Below the pieces are notes generated by a model. That model was given only the letters and a program-made list of their open reading frames with translations. It was not told the origin of the DNA and made no database searches. A program made the translations under genes and the position numbers. Shown here in pieces: positions 1-9,841 of a stretch of 64,000 bases of DNA (the first letter of the stretch is position 1; the number at the start of each line of letters is the position of its first letter). This stretch comes from Terriglobia bacterium (GTDB lineage Bacteria; Acidobacteriota; Terriglobia; 20CM-2-55-15), in NCBI GenBank assembly GCA_965218585.1, contig CBDCLE010000012.1, forward strand, positions 96,001-160,000, written 5' to 3'.

Positions 1-650
1 AACTTGTAGTTGTTGCCGTAGGCCGTATCGCCCAGAACCGGTGCCGGAGCAATGCCGTCATCGACGGCCTGCCGGATTTGTTCCAAAGCAATTTGAGGTT
101 TAGTTTGAAATCGAACGTCTTCGGGAATAGCGGCTTTGCTTCGACGTTCCGGATCCTTCGCCCAGGTCTCGGGGAGGTAGAGTCGCCATGCCACCGGCAA
201 GCTGGATTTCGCTGTCGCCACCGACAGGCTCACCGCCACCCGGCAGTTCTCAGGTTTGCCGACCTGTCCACAGTATTGCCGGGCCACACCCACCGAGTGG
301 GTCCCCTTTTTCACGAATCCGGTGTCGTCGACAATCCAGGCTTCAATCGGACCGTTGGCTTCCATCGCCCCCAGCGCGTACTGTCGAACTTCTGCCAACA
401 GAGCCGCATCGTCCCAGGGCGCATCCGCGACCAGATGATGTAGCGACTGGTGCATTCGGCGTACATTATCCGGAGCCAATCGTGCAGCCATCGGCTCCAC
501 ACTCTTACGTTTGATCGGCAGCAACAACCCGGTGCAGTACGACTTCAACGGTTCATGACGATCGGCGTGTCCTGCGGCCGACGCCAGGCGTTCCAAATAG
601 GCCGCAAAACGTTTTTCCTGAGTGCCTGGCGCCTTCGATTTGGCGCTCAT
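1..650 (-). CDS. IS701-family DDE transposase (3' end beyond window)
   Basis: Manual translation from ATG 650: MSAKSK...GLLLPIKRKSVEPMAARL...WIVDDTGFVKKGTHSVGVARQYCGQVGKPENCRVAV...RLYLPETWAKDPERR...FQTKPQIA; absent from ORF track because no stop in window. Confidence 0.9.
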   Translation of the reverse strand, partial: MSAKSKAPGTQEKRFAAYLERLASAAGHADRHEPLKSYCTGLLLPIKRKSVEPMAARLAPDNVRRMHQSLHHLVADAPWDDAALLAEVRQYALGAMEANGPIEAWIVDDTGFVKKGTHSVGVARQYCGQVGKPENCRVAVSLSVATAKSSLPVAWRLYLPETWAKDPERRSKAAIPEDVRFQTKPQIALEQIRQAVDDGIAPAPVLGDTAYGNNYK

Positions 651-694
651 GACCGGATGCTAACATAAAATAGGCCGTTTGTAACATAGTAGTA
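1..694 (-). mobile_element. IS701-family insertion sequence (partial, runs off window start)
   Basis: Transposase on minus strand; element end near 694 interrupts the upstream membrane-protein gene next to an ATAG site. Confidence 0.8.
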
Positions 695-2021
695 CTATTC
701 GACCCTCCGTGTAATGCGCGCCCAGCTCATTACACGCCCACGCCGAGTTGTCCCCACAATAGCTGGCTTCGAGTCCGAGCAACCGATCGCAGGCGTTTCG
801 AAGGTCATTTGCGCAAGCCTGTTCCCAGAACGGCAGGCTGTCCCCGGTGTGTCTTCCATCGGTCTTTCCCAGGACAGTCATCGCGGCAAACAACAGAATC
901 CAAACGCCCATGTGAGCCAGATTGGCGCGCCCTCGAAACCAGTTTTCATTCCAAAGGTTCAATGCGGCGTCGGACCGGATCGAGCGCACAAAACGGTCGA
1001 TCCCTATCACACTCAAATTCAAAAGTGGCACGCACAGGAGCTTGTCATAAAACGTCGGCAGTCCCATCCCTCCGAGCAGTGAGTAGAGACCGAATACGCC
1101 TAACCCGTACAGTCCGCCAAAAATCGTCTTACCCAGCGGCGTTCTGGGCGAAGTGGAGGGATCGGTGATTAGCAAATGCAATCCGAGGAAAACGGCAGCG
1201 GGAATTTCTGAATCGAGAAAGTATGGAACTCCTGTTGACGCTGAATACAAGGCGCTCAACCCGAACAGCGTCATCGCGGCAGCTCCCGCAACCAGAGTGA
1301 TGGAAAAGAAATACATGACGATCAGGCCGATCACGAACAGAAAGGTATAAATATTGGGCGCCAGGGTGAGTGTCGACGCAATCTCCTCGGCCCAGGTCAA
1401 GCTAGTCGTGCGGGTAGTGATCAACACAAGAGAGAACAAACCCAGTGCAAACGCGGAAGGATTGAAGATGTGTACACTCTGGCCTTCCCTCTGCCAGCGT
1501 ACATATTCTTTCCCCATGAATCCCACTGCAAGCATAAGGAATTGCATGTAGAACCAGTCGTCTCTGAACCATAGAAACAGATTGATGCTGAAGATAATTG
1601 GAAACGGACCAAAGCCGAGGACGTAGCTCTTGTGGCGGGACCAGGACAGCAGCATGTCAAAGCTATAGGCAAACAACAGCTGTGCGGCCAGTAACCAGGC
1701 GTGATCGTATACAGGTCTCCAGTAGTAGCCCCAGTAGACGAACACGGCGAGCTGAACAAGAGCTTGCACATAATGCTGGGGACGGAGGATTATTCGCAGC
1801 GAGGGTGGGGCTCCCGCATTTCTCAGCCGCTTGAAAAGAAACGTTTGCCATGTGATCAATGTCAGGACGGAACCCCAGAACGACCACATCAGGATGACGT
1901 TTTCCTGAACACGAGGCGCGAATGACACCAACAACAGAGCGAGGGTGAGCCCCAGTGGTACCAGGAACACCCCTGGCCGTAGCTGCTCTTTCCCGGTACC
2001 TTTCTTTCTTGTAGATGTCAT
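660..2021 (-). pseudogene. RnfD/NqrB-like polytopic membrane protein with Sel1-like C-terminal repeats, truncated by IS701
   Basis: HIFNPS and ITDPSTSP motifs, many TM helices, ACxxLG repeats; final residues LLCYKRPILC are read from the IS end. Confidence 0.6.
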
Positions 2022-2241
2022 GAATGTTCGTCCAGTGACCTGCCCTGTTCTTCGGACAACAAGAGAATAAACCACCTCTCACAACGGTTTGGCAATTCAA
2101 TTTGGTTCTACAATTTGCGACCTTCGAAATAACGATTCATACGTTTATGATTGAGACGTTCCATCGGCTGTATGAGTGGCATTGTGTCCGTAGCTTGATC
2201 TTCCCGTCCGAATCTTCGGACGAAACCAGCAGAGGTGAAAT

Positions 2242-3784
2242 ATGGCGAGTGAAGAAAAGATCAATCTCCGCCGTGGCCGAGACTATCTTGCGGCCTTGAA
2301 CGACGGACGAAGCGTTTTCGTTGAAGGCGAAGCAATCGACGATGTGGCAACCCACCCGTTGACGCGGGACTATGCCCAGCGTACAGCGGATTACTACGAG
2401 CTCCATTTCCAGGAAGAATTACAGGACAAACTGACCTACGTTGACGAAGACGGCGTTCGACGATCGCGGACGTGGCAGTTGCCTGGAAACAAAGAGGAAC
2501 TCGTCGCGCGCAGGGAGCATCACGCTACGGTCTCACGCAAGATCGGCGCCGGCCAGTTCGGCCGCATGCCCGACGCCAGCAACACGGTCATGATCACCTT
2601 GATCGACGACCCGGACGTGTGGGAGCGGGCCTCCATCGGGACCGAGGGAAGGGGCTTGGCGGACAACATTCGCCGGTTCTGGACCCAGGCAAAGGACGCG
2701 GATCTCAATATCGCACCGATATTTATAGACAGCCAGCCCGACCGCTCCTCTCCTGATGCCTTCAAGACTTCGCCGGACCTACGCCTTGTCGGCAGCGACG
2801 ACGAAGGCATTACGGTGCACGGCGTCAAGGCTGTTTCTACTGGAGCGGTGTTCGCGGACTGGTTTCTGATCGGCCTCTTTTACCGCCCCGGTGTGACCTC
2901 AGAGCAATGTCTGTTCTTCTTCGTCAAGCCCAACGCGCCGGGGGTCACCGTCGTCGCCCGCAAGGGTGTGGCTCCGGCTGAAAAGACCGATGACGTACCG
3001 CTGTCACGCCTCGGCGACGAGTTGGACAGCTTCCAGTATTTCGACAACGTGAAGATTCCCTGGTCCCAGGTCGTTCACGTCGGCAGCATCGAACACACTC
3101 AACAATACCCCCAGCGTATCTTTGACTGGATACAGGATACACTACGCCGACCTCGCCCGGCACAGCGTTAAGGCCGAACTGATGGCCGGCCTGGCCATAC
3201 TCCTGTGCGACGTGATGGGTACAATAAGTATTCCTTCCGTTCAACTCCGTGTCGCGGACATTGTCCGTTTTCGCGAGGCCATACGTGCGCACCTGATTGC
3301 GGCCGAAGATACAGGTTTCGTGACGCCGGGCGGGCTCTATAAGCCAAACAACATCTTTTTCGATTTTGGCCGCGCGTACTCTAACGAAAACTCTTCACGT
3401 TTCATTACCGAAATCATCGATCTCGCCGGACGGGGCCCAATGATGATTCCGGCTGATGGCGATTGGCAGAACCCACAATTGAAGGAATGGCTGGAGCCTT
3501 TGATGAGAGGACCCTCGGGAGAAGCGGACAAGCTCAAGGTCTTCAGGATAATCCGCGATCTGTATTTGTCCGACTGGGGACGCCGCAATGCCTTGTTCGA
3601 TCAGCTCAACGGAACTCCGCTGACGGCCATCCGATTCCTGACAATGCAGCGATCCGAATACCGCGCCGACGGCCCGATCACCGAACTGGCCCGGGAAGTC
3701 TGTGGCATGGAGGCTATGACCGGTTCGACCGAAGAGAACGAAGCAACCGACTATGCCAAGGCCCAGGATGCAAAGACCACCTAA
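2242..3784 (+). pseudogene. 4-hydroxyphenylacetate 3-hydroxylase (HpaB/PvcC-like) flavin-dependent monooxygenase, frameshifted
   Basis: GRDYLAALNDGRSVFVEG, GRMPD, DELD..FDNVKIPW motifs; split by tandem duplication of GGATACA at 3128-3141. Confidence 0.8.
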
Positions 3785-3846
3785 GAAAGACTAACACCCG
3801 CAGGAAGGGGCCTCGGGCAACATCAATTGAATCAAACGGGTAGAAC

Positions 3847-3939
3847 TTCAACACGAAGTTAACGAAGGGCACGAAGGAACACGAAGATGATTTTTCTTCA
3901 AACACCTCACCTTCGTTAACTTCGCGTCTTCGTGTTGAA
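3847..3939. repeat. Empty bipartite inverted-repeat element (ACACGAAG-unit family)
   Basis: TTCAACACGAAGTTAACGAAGGGCACGAAGG...CTTCGTTAACTTCGCGTCTTCGTGTTGAA. Confidence 0.85.
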
Positions 3940-3975
3940 AGACTAAGCCGAAGAATGTTCAGGCCAGCGATTCGG

Positions 3976-6225
3976 TCAAAAATTGAAGAGGTTGGTGAAC
4001 TTGACGATCAGCGCCCGCTCGACGACCTGGGCGTTGGCGGTGGAACGACGGTCGTTGTAGACGACGAACAAGTCGCTCAAAGGCCGATGAATAATGTTGA
4101 AGCGGATGTTGGAGCTGACCTCGTTGCGGCTGGCGTTGTATTGGATAAAGGCGTTAAAAGACGCGCGCGCGTTGAAAGCGTAAACGAGCCGCAGACCCAA
4201 GAGATCGGTCGTGAAACTTCCCCCCGTCAAGTCGACCTGGTTGCGCGAGTAATTCACTGCAAGGTTGATGCGGTAATTCGGCTTCACACTCAAGTTGGCC
4301 GTGAATGATTCGCTCTCGCCGTCCCAGAACTCCCCCCACTCGACGCTGCCTCCTCCACTGATCTTCCTGCTCGAATCGCTCGAAGCGCTCACCCTCTGCC
4401 TCCGATACGCATAGTCCCCTTCGGGAATGCCGATCCCTGGGCGGATTCGAAACACACGGTTCAGTCGCTCGAATGTTTCGGTCAACCTGAACTCGATCCG
4501 GGCATTGCTCTGAAAGCGAATGCCCAGATTCAGATTCTGGGTCCGCGTCTCGACTTCTTCGGTCGTTCCGTCCTCAAAATACTCCAGGGTCGTCCCGAAG
4601 ATCAGGTTTCGAACCGAACGGCTGCTCCGGATGAGCGGATTGAAGGAAAACTCTCCCGAGTACTTCGTTATGTTCGGGCGCCGGACAAAACCGACTTCGG
4701 GGTTGAAGTTCGTTTCGATGGCACTGTAGGCAGCCCCGACGACCAACTCGTCGTCCCGCCAGGCGGCAGCAAACCTCCGGGCCTGATCTTTTTCCTTCAC
4801 ACCCGGCGTGTCGGTCTTGAGGATGTATGCATCGAACTCGAGGCGGTTGGAAAACTGGAAGAAAGCATCGGCGCCGAAGAGACGGTTGTAGTCGCCCCCG
4901 ACCCTCGAGTCGCGGTTTGTGACTATACCCCCGACCCAGGAGTTCGTCAGGAGGTTCTGCTTCACTCGGCCCACCGTATAGGTATTCGACGGCGTTGATC
5001 CGGACGACTCCGTCTTCATCGTCAGAAAGCCGATATCATAGCGGCCCACCTGGCCTGTGACCCCTGCCCCGCCTATAATCGGAATCGGTGTCCCTTGGGC
5101 GCTGAGACCGATCCGTCGGCTGAAGAACGGCACGAGATCCTCGGCTCGAGCGCTCCTGAACTGCCGCCCACCACCCCCTAAGTTGAAAGTGCCGGAGTTC
5201 TCGAGAAAGAACTCTCTCTTTTCGGGAAAGAACAGGTTGAACCGGGTGAGATTGACCTGCTGCTGGTCCACCTCGACCTGCGCGAAGTCGGTCCGGTACG
5301 TTGCATCCAGCGTCAGCGATTGCGTCAGCCCGAACTTCACGTCCAGTCCACCGTCGTAGTCGGAATCCGTGACCCAGTCCCCGAACGGATTCCCGCCCGA
5401 ACGGGTCTGGGTGAATCCCGCGACGGCGAACGGCTTCACTTTCAGATTCCGGCCCGGCCGGATGTTTTCAAGACCCCGCAACGCTCCGGCCATCGATACG
5501 CGCGTGGGCGAAAACCGCTGCGGAACGGGTGACCAATCGTTCTGTTCATTAATGCGCCGCACAGTCCGCAGCATGTTGAGACCCCACTCTTGCGACACTG
5601 CATTGGAAAACCGCAACGTATTGAACGGGATTTGGAACTCGATCACCCATCCTTCGTCGTTTCGTGTCACCTGAAAGTCCCAAACCCCATCCCAGTCGCC
5701 GTTGATCTGACCGTTATTGGAGATCTGAAAGTCGGACCGGCCCCCACCGGGGTTGACGACAAAAGCGAACCCGGAACGCCGGTCCCGCAGGGTGTCCAGG
5801 ACCACGGCGACAAGGTCCGAACCTCCGAAATTGAAATCTTCGGTGATGTCGTTTACCGTCGCCTGATCGGGTTCCGAATCGAAGGCAACGACCCCTACAT
5901 AAACGACCCCTACATAGAGGTTATCGTCGTCGTAGAGAAAGCGGGCTTCAGTCCGAAACGTCGGAGCTGCACCCGTCACCGGCAATCGTTGAATAAAGTC
6001 TGTTGCGCCGGGCGGAATGTCCCAGACTTTCTCGTCTAGGCGACCATCGAGGTCAATCTGTTCCGTGATCCGTGTGGCCGTTGCGTTCCGGTCAAGGAAG
6101 GCCGTGTTGTAGTCGATGGGAGGCAGAGGGTTCGCGTTCGGAGGGGTCTGGGCAACCGCCGGATTGGTGACAATGAGACATAACAGGGTTCCAAAGAGTA
6201 AGCGCATACGTGTAAAGGGTATCAA
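3976..6225 (-). CDS. DUF5916 / CBM9-like sugar-binding domain protein (paralog 2)
   Basis: Signal peptide, LDGRLDE, YDDDNLY, TDFAQVEVD..NLTRFNLFFPEKREFFLE, C-terminal F. Confidence 0.8.
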   Translation of the reverse strand: MIPFTRMRLLFGTLLCLIVTNPAVAQTPPNANPLPPIDYNTAFLDRNATATRITEQIDLDGRLDEKVWDIPPGATDFIQRLPVTGAAPTFRTEARFLYDDDNLYVGVVYVGVVAFDSEPDQATVNDITEDFNFGGSDLVAVVLDTLRDRRSGFAFVVNPGGGRSDFQISNNGQINGDWDGVWDFQVTRNDEGWVIEFQIPFNTLRFSNAVSQEWGLNMLRTVRRINEQNDWSPVPQRFSPTRVSMAGALRGLENIRPGRNLKVKPFAVAGFTQTRSGGNPFGDWVTDSDYDGGLDVKFGLTQSLTLDATYRTDFAQVEVDQQQVNLTRFNLFFPEKREFFLENSGTFNLGGGGRQFRSARAEDLVPFFSRRIGLSAQGTPIPIIGGAGVTGQVGRYDIGFLTMKTESSGSTPSNTYTVGRVKQNLLTNSWVGGIVTNRDSRVGGDYNRLFGADAFFQFSNRLEFDAYILKTDTPGVKEKDQARRFAAAWRDDELVVGAAYSAIETNFNPEVGFVRRPNITKYSGEFSFNPLIRSSRSVRNLIFGTTLEYFEDGTTEEVETRTQNLNLGIRFQSNARIEFRLTETFERLNRVFRIRPGIGIPEGDYAYRRQRVSASSDSSRKISGGGSVEWGEFWDGESESFTANLSVKPNYRINLAVNYSRNQVDLTGGSFTTDLLGLRLVYAFNARASFNAFIQYNASRNEVSSNIRFNIIHRPLSDLFVVYNDRRSTANAQVVERALIVKFTNLFNF

Positions 6226-6248
6226 GAAAACTAGAGCGACAGTTCTCG

Positions 6249-8459
6249 CTAGAAATCGAAGAGGTTCGTGAACTTAACGATCAACGCGCGTTCGACAACC
6301 TGGGCATTGGCGGTGGAACGCCGGTCGTTGTAGACGATAAACAGGTCGCTCAAGGGGCGATGGATGATGTTGAAGCGGATGTTGGAGCTGACCTCCTTCC
6401 GCTCGGTGTTGTATTGGATGAAGGCGTTGAAGAACGCGCGGGCGTTGAACGCGTAAACGAACCGCATCCCCAACAGGTTGGTCGTAAAGCTTCCACTAAC
6501 GAGGTCTATCTGGTTGCGCGAGTAGTCCATGGACAAGCTGACACGATAATTCGGCTTCACGCTCAGGTTTGCCGTAAACGCTTCGCTTTCACCGTCCCAA
6601 AACTCGCCCCACTCGACACTGCCGCCTCCACTGATCTTCCTGCTCGAATCGCTCGAGGCGCTGATCCTCTGCCTACGGTATGCATAGTCCCCCTCTGGAA
6701 TGACCACACCCGGACGGATTCTAAACACGCGGTTCAATCTGTCGAACCTCTCGGTCAGCGCGTAGTTGATCGAGGCACCGTTCTGAAAGCGAATTCCCAG
6801 GTTCAGATTCTGGGTCCGGGTTTCGACCTCTTCGGTCGTACCGTCTTCGAAATACTCCAGCGTCGTCCCGAAGATGAGATTTCGAATCGAGCGGCTGCTC
6901 CGGATGAGCGGATTGAAAGAGAACTCCCCCCTGTACTTCGTTGTGTTCGGACGTCGGACAAAACCGACTTCGGGATTGAAGTTCGTCTGGATCGTATCGT
7001 AAGCCGCAGCAACGACCAGTTCGTCGTCGCGCCACCCCGCGGCGAACTTCCGGGCCTGATCCTTCCCCTCCAGACCCGGCGTGTCGGTCTTAAGGATGTA
7101 TGCATCGAACTCCAGCCGATTCGAGAACTGAAAAAAGGCATCGGCACCGAAAAGGCGATTGTAGTCACCCATCACAGTGGAATCGCGGTTTGTGACAATA
7201 CCTCCCACCCAGGAATTCCTCAGAAGGTTCTGCTTCACGCGGCCCACCGTATACGTATTCGACGGGGTCGACCCGGCCGACTCTGTCTTCATCGTCAGAA
7301 ACCCGACGTCGTAGCGGCCGACCTGGCCCGTGACCCGGGCCCCACCCACAATCGGAATCGGCGTCCCCTGGGCACTGAGACCGATGCGCCGGCTGAAGAA
7401 CGGAACGAGATCATTGCGGAAGTTCCGGCCCTGGCCGCCTCCCAGGTTGAAGGTGCCGGCGTTCTCGAGAAAGAACTCTCTCTTTTCGGGGAAGAAGAGG
7501 TTGAACCGCGTGAGATTGACCTGCTGCTGGTCCACCTCGACCTGAGCGAAGTCCGTCCGATACGTCGCATCCAGCGTCAGCGACTGTGTCAGCCCGTATT
7601 TCACGTCGACTCCGCCATCGTAGTCGGAATCCGTAACCCAGTCTCCGAATGGACTCCTGCCCGATCGCGTCTGGGTGAAGCCCGCTATTGCGAACGGCTT
7701 TACTTTCAGATTCCGGCCCGGCCGGATGTTTTCAAGACCCCTCAACGTGCCCGCCATCGAGACGCGCGTGGGCCCAAAGCGCTGCTGTATGGGCGACCAG
7801 TCGCTCTGTTCGCTGACGCGCCGAACGGCCCGCATCAGGTTGAGACCCCATTCCTGCGACGACGCATTGGAGAATCGCAGTGTGTTGAACGGGATCCGGT
7901 ATTCGACAACCCACCCTTCATCGTTCCGTGTGATCTGAAAGTCCCAGACACCATCCCAGTCGATGTTGGGTTGACTGTTGTTCGCGATCTGACCGTCATA
8001 CCGGCCACCACCGGGATTGACAACGAAGGCGAAACCCGAACGATCGTCGCCGAGCGTGTCCAGGATCACGGCGACGAGGTCCGATCCTCCGAAATTGAAA
8101 TCATCCGTGACATCGTTAATCGTCATCTGGTCGGGCTCGGGATCGAACGCGACCACCCCTACATAGAGATTGTTGTCATCGTAGAGAAAACGGGCTTCGG
8201 TACTGAATGTCGCCTCGGCGCCCGTATTCGGGAGTCGCTGAACGAAATCCGTGGCGCCAGGCGGCACGTCCCACGCGGGTTCGGTTAATAGACCGTCAAG
8301 TGTTATCGGTTCTGTGATCCGATTAGCAATCGCATTCCGATCGAGGCGGGCCGTGTTGTAGTCGATGGGCGGTGGCGCGTTCGGATTAGGTGGATTCTGG
8401 GCCAGGGTTGGAGACACGAACAGAAGGCCCAAAACAATGATTCGACAGGTTATACGCAC
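6249..8459 (-). CDS. DUF5916 / CBM9-like sugar-binding domain protein (paralog 1)
   Basis: Same motifs; closely similar tandem paralog. Confidence 0.8.
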   Translation of the reverse strand: MRITCRIIVLGLLFVSPTLAQNPPNPNAPPPIDYNTARLDRNAIANRITEPITLDGLLTEPAWDVPPGATDFVQRLPNTGAEATFSTEARFLYDDNNLYVGVVAFDPEPDQMTINDVTDDFNFGGSDLVAVILDTLGDDRSGFAFVVNPGGGRYDGQIANNSQPNIDWDGVWDFQITRNDEGWVVEYRIPFNTLRFSNASSQEWGLNLMRAVRRVSEQSDWSPIQQRFGPTRVSMAGTLRGLENIRPGRNLKVKPFAIAGFTQTRSGRSPFGDWVTDSDYDGGVDVKYGLTQSLTLDATYRTDFAQVEVDQQQVNLTRFNLFFPEKREFFLENAGTFNLGGGQGRNFRNDLVPFFSRRIGLSAQGTPIPIVGGARVTGQVGRYDVGFLTMKTESAGSTPSNTYTVGRVKQNLLRNSWVGGIVTNRDSTVMGDYNRLFGADAFFQFSNRLEFDAYILKTDTPGLEGKDQARKFAAGWRDDELVVAAAYDTIQTNFNPEVGFVRRPNTTKYRGEFSFNPLIRSSRSIRNLIFGTTLEYFEDGTTEEVETRTQNLNLGIRFQNGASINYALTERFDRLNRVFRIRPGVVIPEGDYAYRRQRISASSDSSRKISGGGSVEWGEFWDGESEAFTANLSVKPNYRVSLSMDYSRNQIDLVSGSFTTNLLGMRFVYAFNARAFFNAFIQYNTERKEVSSNIRFNIIHRPLSDLFIVYNDRRSTANAQVVERALIVKFTNLFDF

Positions 8460-8641
8460 GATCGGATAGATTAACAGAAGCCTCAGACGATTTGAAGCGG
8501 CCCCCTTTGTAAATCCCCCGTCAGGTGGTACAGCCCACTAGGTGCCTCCGCTGATGTAGAATCGGTAACCGACCGACTCAGCGTGACTTGGGATCACGCC
8601 GACAATGTCAGGGGCTGAAGCAAACTAAGGAGAAGGAACAA

Positions 8642-8902
8642 GTGTCATTACGAAACGGCGACCGGTCTCGCGCACACCGCCTGCGGAAAGCGAAAACACG
8701 ACGACGAGCCCACATCCGGGAACTCCAGGCAGCGGATCGACCGGCCTCAAAGCCGACTGCAAAACCTGCAGAACCCGCTCCAGAGCCATCGAAAAAGGCA
8801 GCAAAGCCGTCAGAACCGGCCTCAAAGCCATCGAAACCGGCTGCAAAATCCGCCAAAAAGCCAGCCAAGACGGCCAAGAAGAAGAAACAGGAATCGGCTT
8901 GA
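8642..8902 (+). CDS. Small basic Arg/Lys/Pro/Ala-rich protein (histone H1-like tail)
   Basis: GTG start after AGGAGAAGG; MSLRNGDRSRAHRLRKAKTRRR followed by KP(A/S) repeats. Confidence 0.6.
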   Translation: MSLRNGDRSRAHRLRKAKTRRRAHIRELQAADRPASKPTAKPAEPAPEPSKKAAKPSEPASKPSKPAAKSAKKPAKTAKKKKQESA

Positions 8903-8924
8903 GCTACACGAGCTGTGGCAATGG

Positions 8925-9821
8925 ATGAATAAGAAGATCGTCATTTGTACGGGAGCGAATCGAGGTATCGGCTTCCACTATTGCCGCCAGATGCTGGGCC
9001 ATGACTACCAGGTGGTGTTGGCCTGCCGAAACCAGGAGATGGGTGAATCGGCGCTTGAAAGCCTGAACACGGAATTCCCGGACGCTTCGGTGGAGCTCAT
9101 GTTGGTGGACATGAGTGATCTGGAATCGATCAAAGCTTTCGCAGACGCATACTCGAGCAAGCATCCCACTCTCGACATTCTCCACAACAACGCCGGCGCA
9201 TTCTCGTTCAGCAAAGAGCGTGCCCTCACGAATTCAGGAATGGAGCGTCACTTCGGAACCAACTTCGTCGGACCCTTCTTTCTGACGGCGCTTCTCTTTC
9301 CCATATTGAAAGCCACTCCAAATGCACGAGTGGTCAACCTTTCATCCTTTGCGCACGAGGGCCACCCAACTGATCTGAACGATCTGCAGATGGGAACTAA
9401 TCCGAAGGGATTCAAGAGCCCGGAAGCCTATTCCAGAAGCAAGTGGGCCCTAAACGCGTTCACCTTCGAACTCCAGCGTCGCATTGAAGAAGCGAGGCTC
9501 GACATGCAAGCGATCGTGGCTCATCCGGGCATGTCCTACACCGGAATTACACAGCGTGGTAGCACTAACGTGTTCCAGAAGGTCATGATCACTGTTGCTG
9601 AAAGAATCCTTGGGGATGCGCCCGAGAAGGCAGCGAGAGCGGGTGTGATGGCGTCGATCGAGGGTGTGGGCGGCGAGTACTTCGGCCCGACCGGGTTCCT
9701 GCAGGCGAGGGGAAAACCGGGCCGGTTGAAACCCAACCCTGCCACTCTGGACCAGGTCGCCGCACAAACACTCTGGACGGCTGCCGAAGACCTATCCGGC
9801 CAAAGGTTCGTTGTTGACTGA
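8925..9821 (+). CDS. SDR oxidoreductase (retinol dehydrogenase-like)
   Basis: TGANRGIG, NNAG, YSRSK, HPG motifs. Confidence 0.9.
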   Translation: MNKKIVICTGANRGIGFHYCRQMLGHDYQVVLACRNQEMGESALESLNTEFPDASVELMLVDMSDLESIKAFADAYSSKHPTLDILHNNAGAFSFSKERALTNSGMERHFGTNFVGPFFLTALLFPILKATPNARVVNLSSFAHEGHPTDLNDLQMGTNPKGFKSPEAYSRSKWALNAFTFELQRRIEEARLDMQAIVAHPGMSYTGITQRGSTNVFQKVMITVAERILGDAPEKAARAGVMASIEGVGGEYFGPTGFLQARGKPGRLKPNPATLDQVAAQTLWTAAEDLSGQRFVVD

Positions 9822-9841
9822 GATGCTCCGCCCCGAAGGGC

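Noticed and set aside
6360-8288. Long + strand ORF (642 aa) and similar shadow ORFs such as 15933-16895, 18030-18983 and 51373-52320
   Set aside because: They are antisense to well-supported genes, have no motifs, and are expected at high GC.
3976-8459. Paralog pair as a diversity-generating retroelement template and target
   Set aside because: Both are full-length genes, differences are spread throughout and not visibly adenine-specific, and there is no reverse transcriptase in the window.
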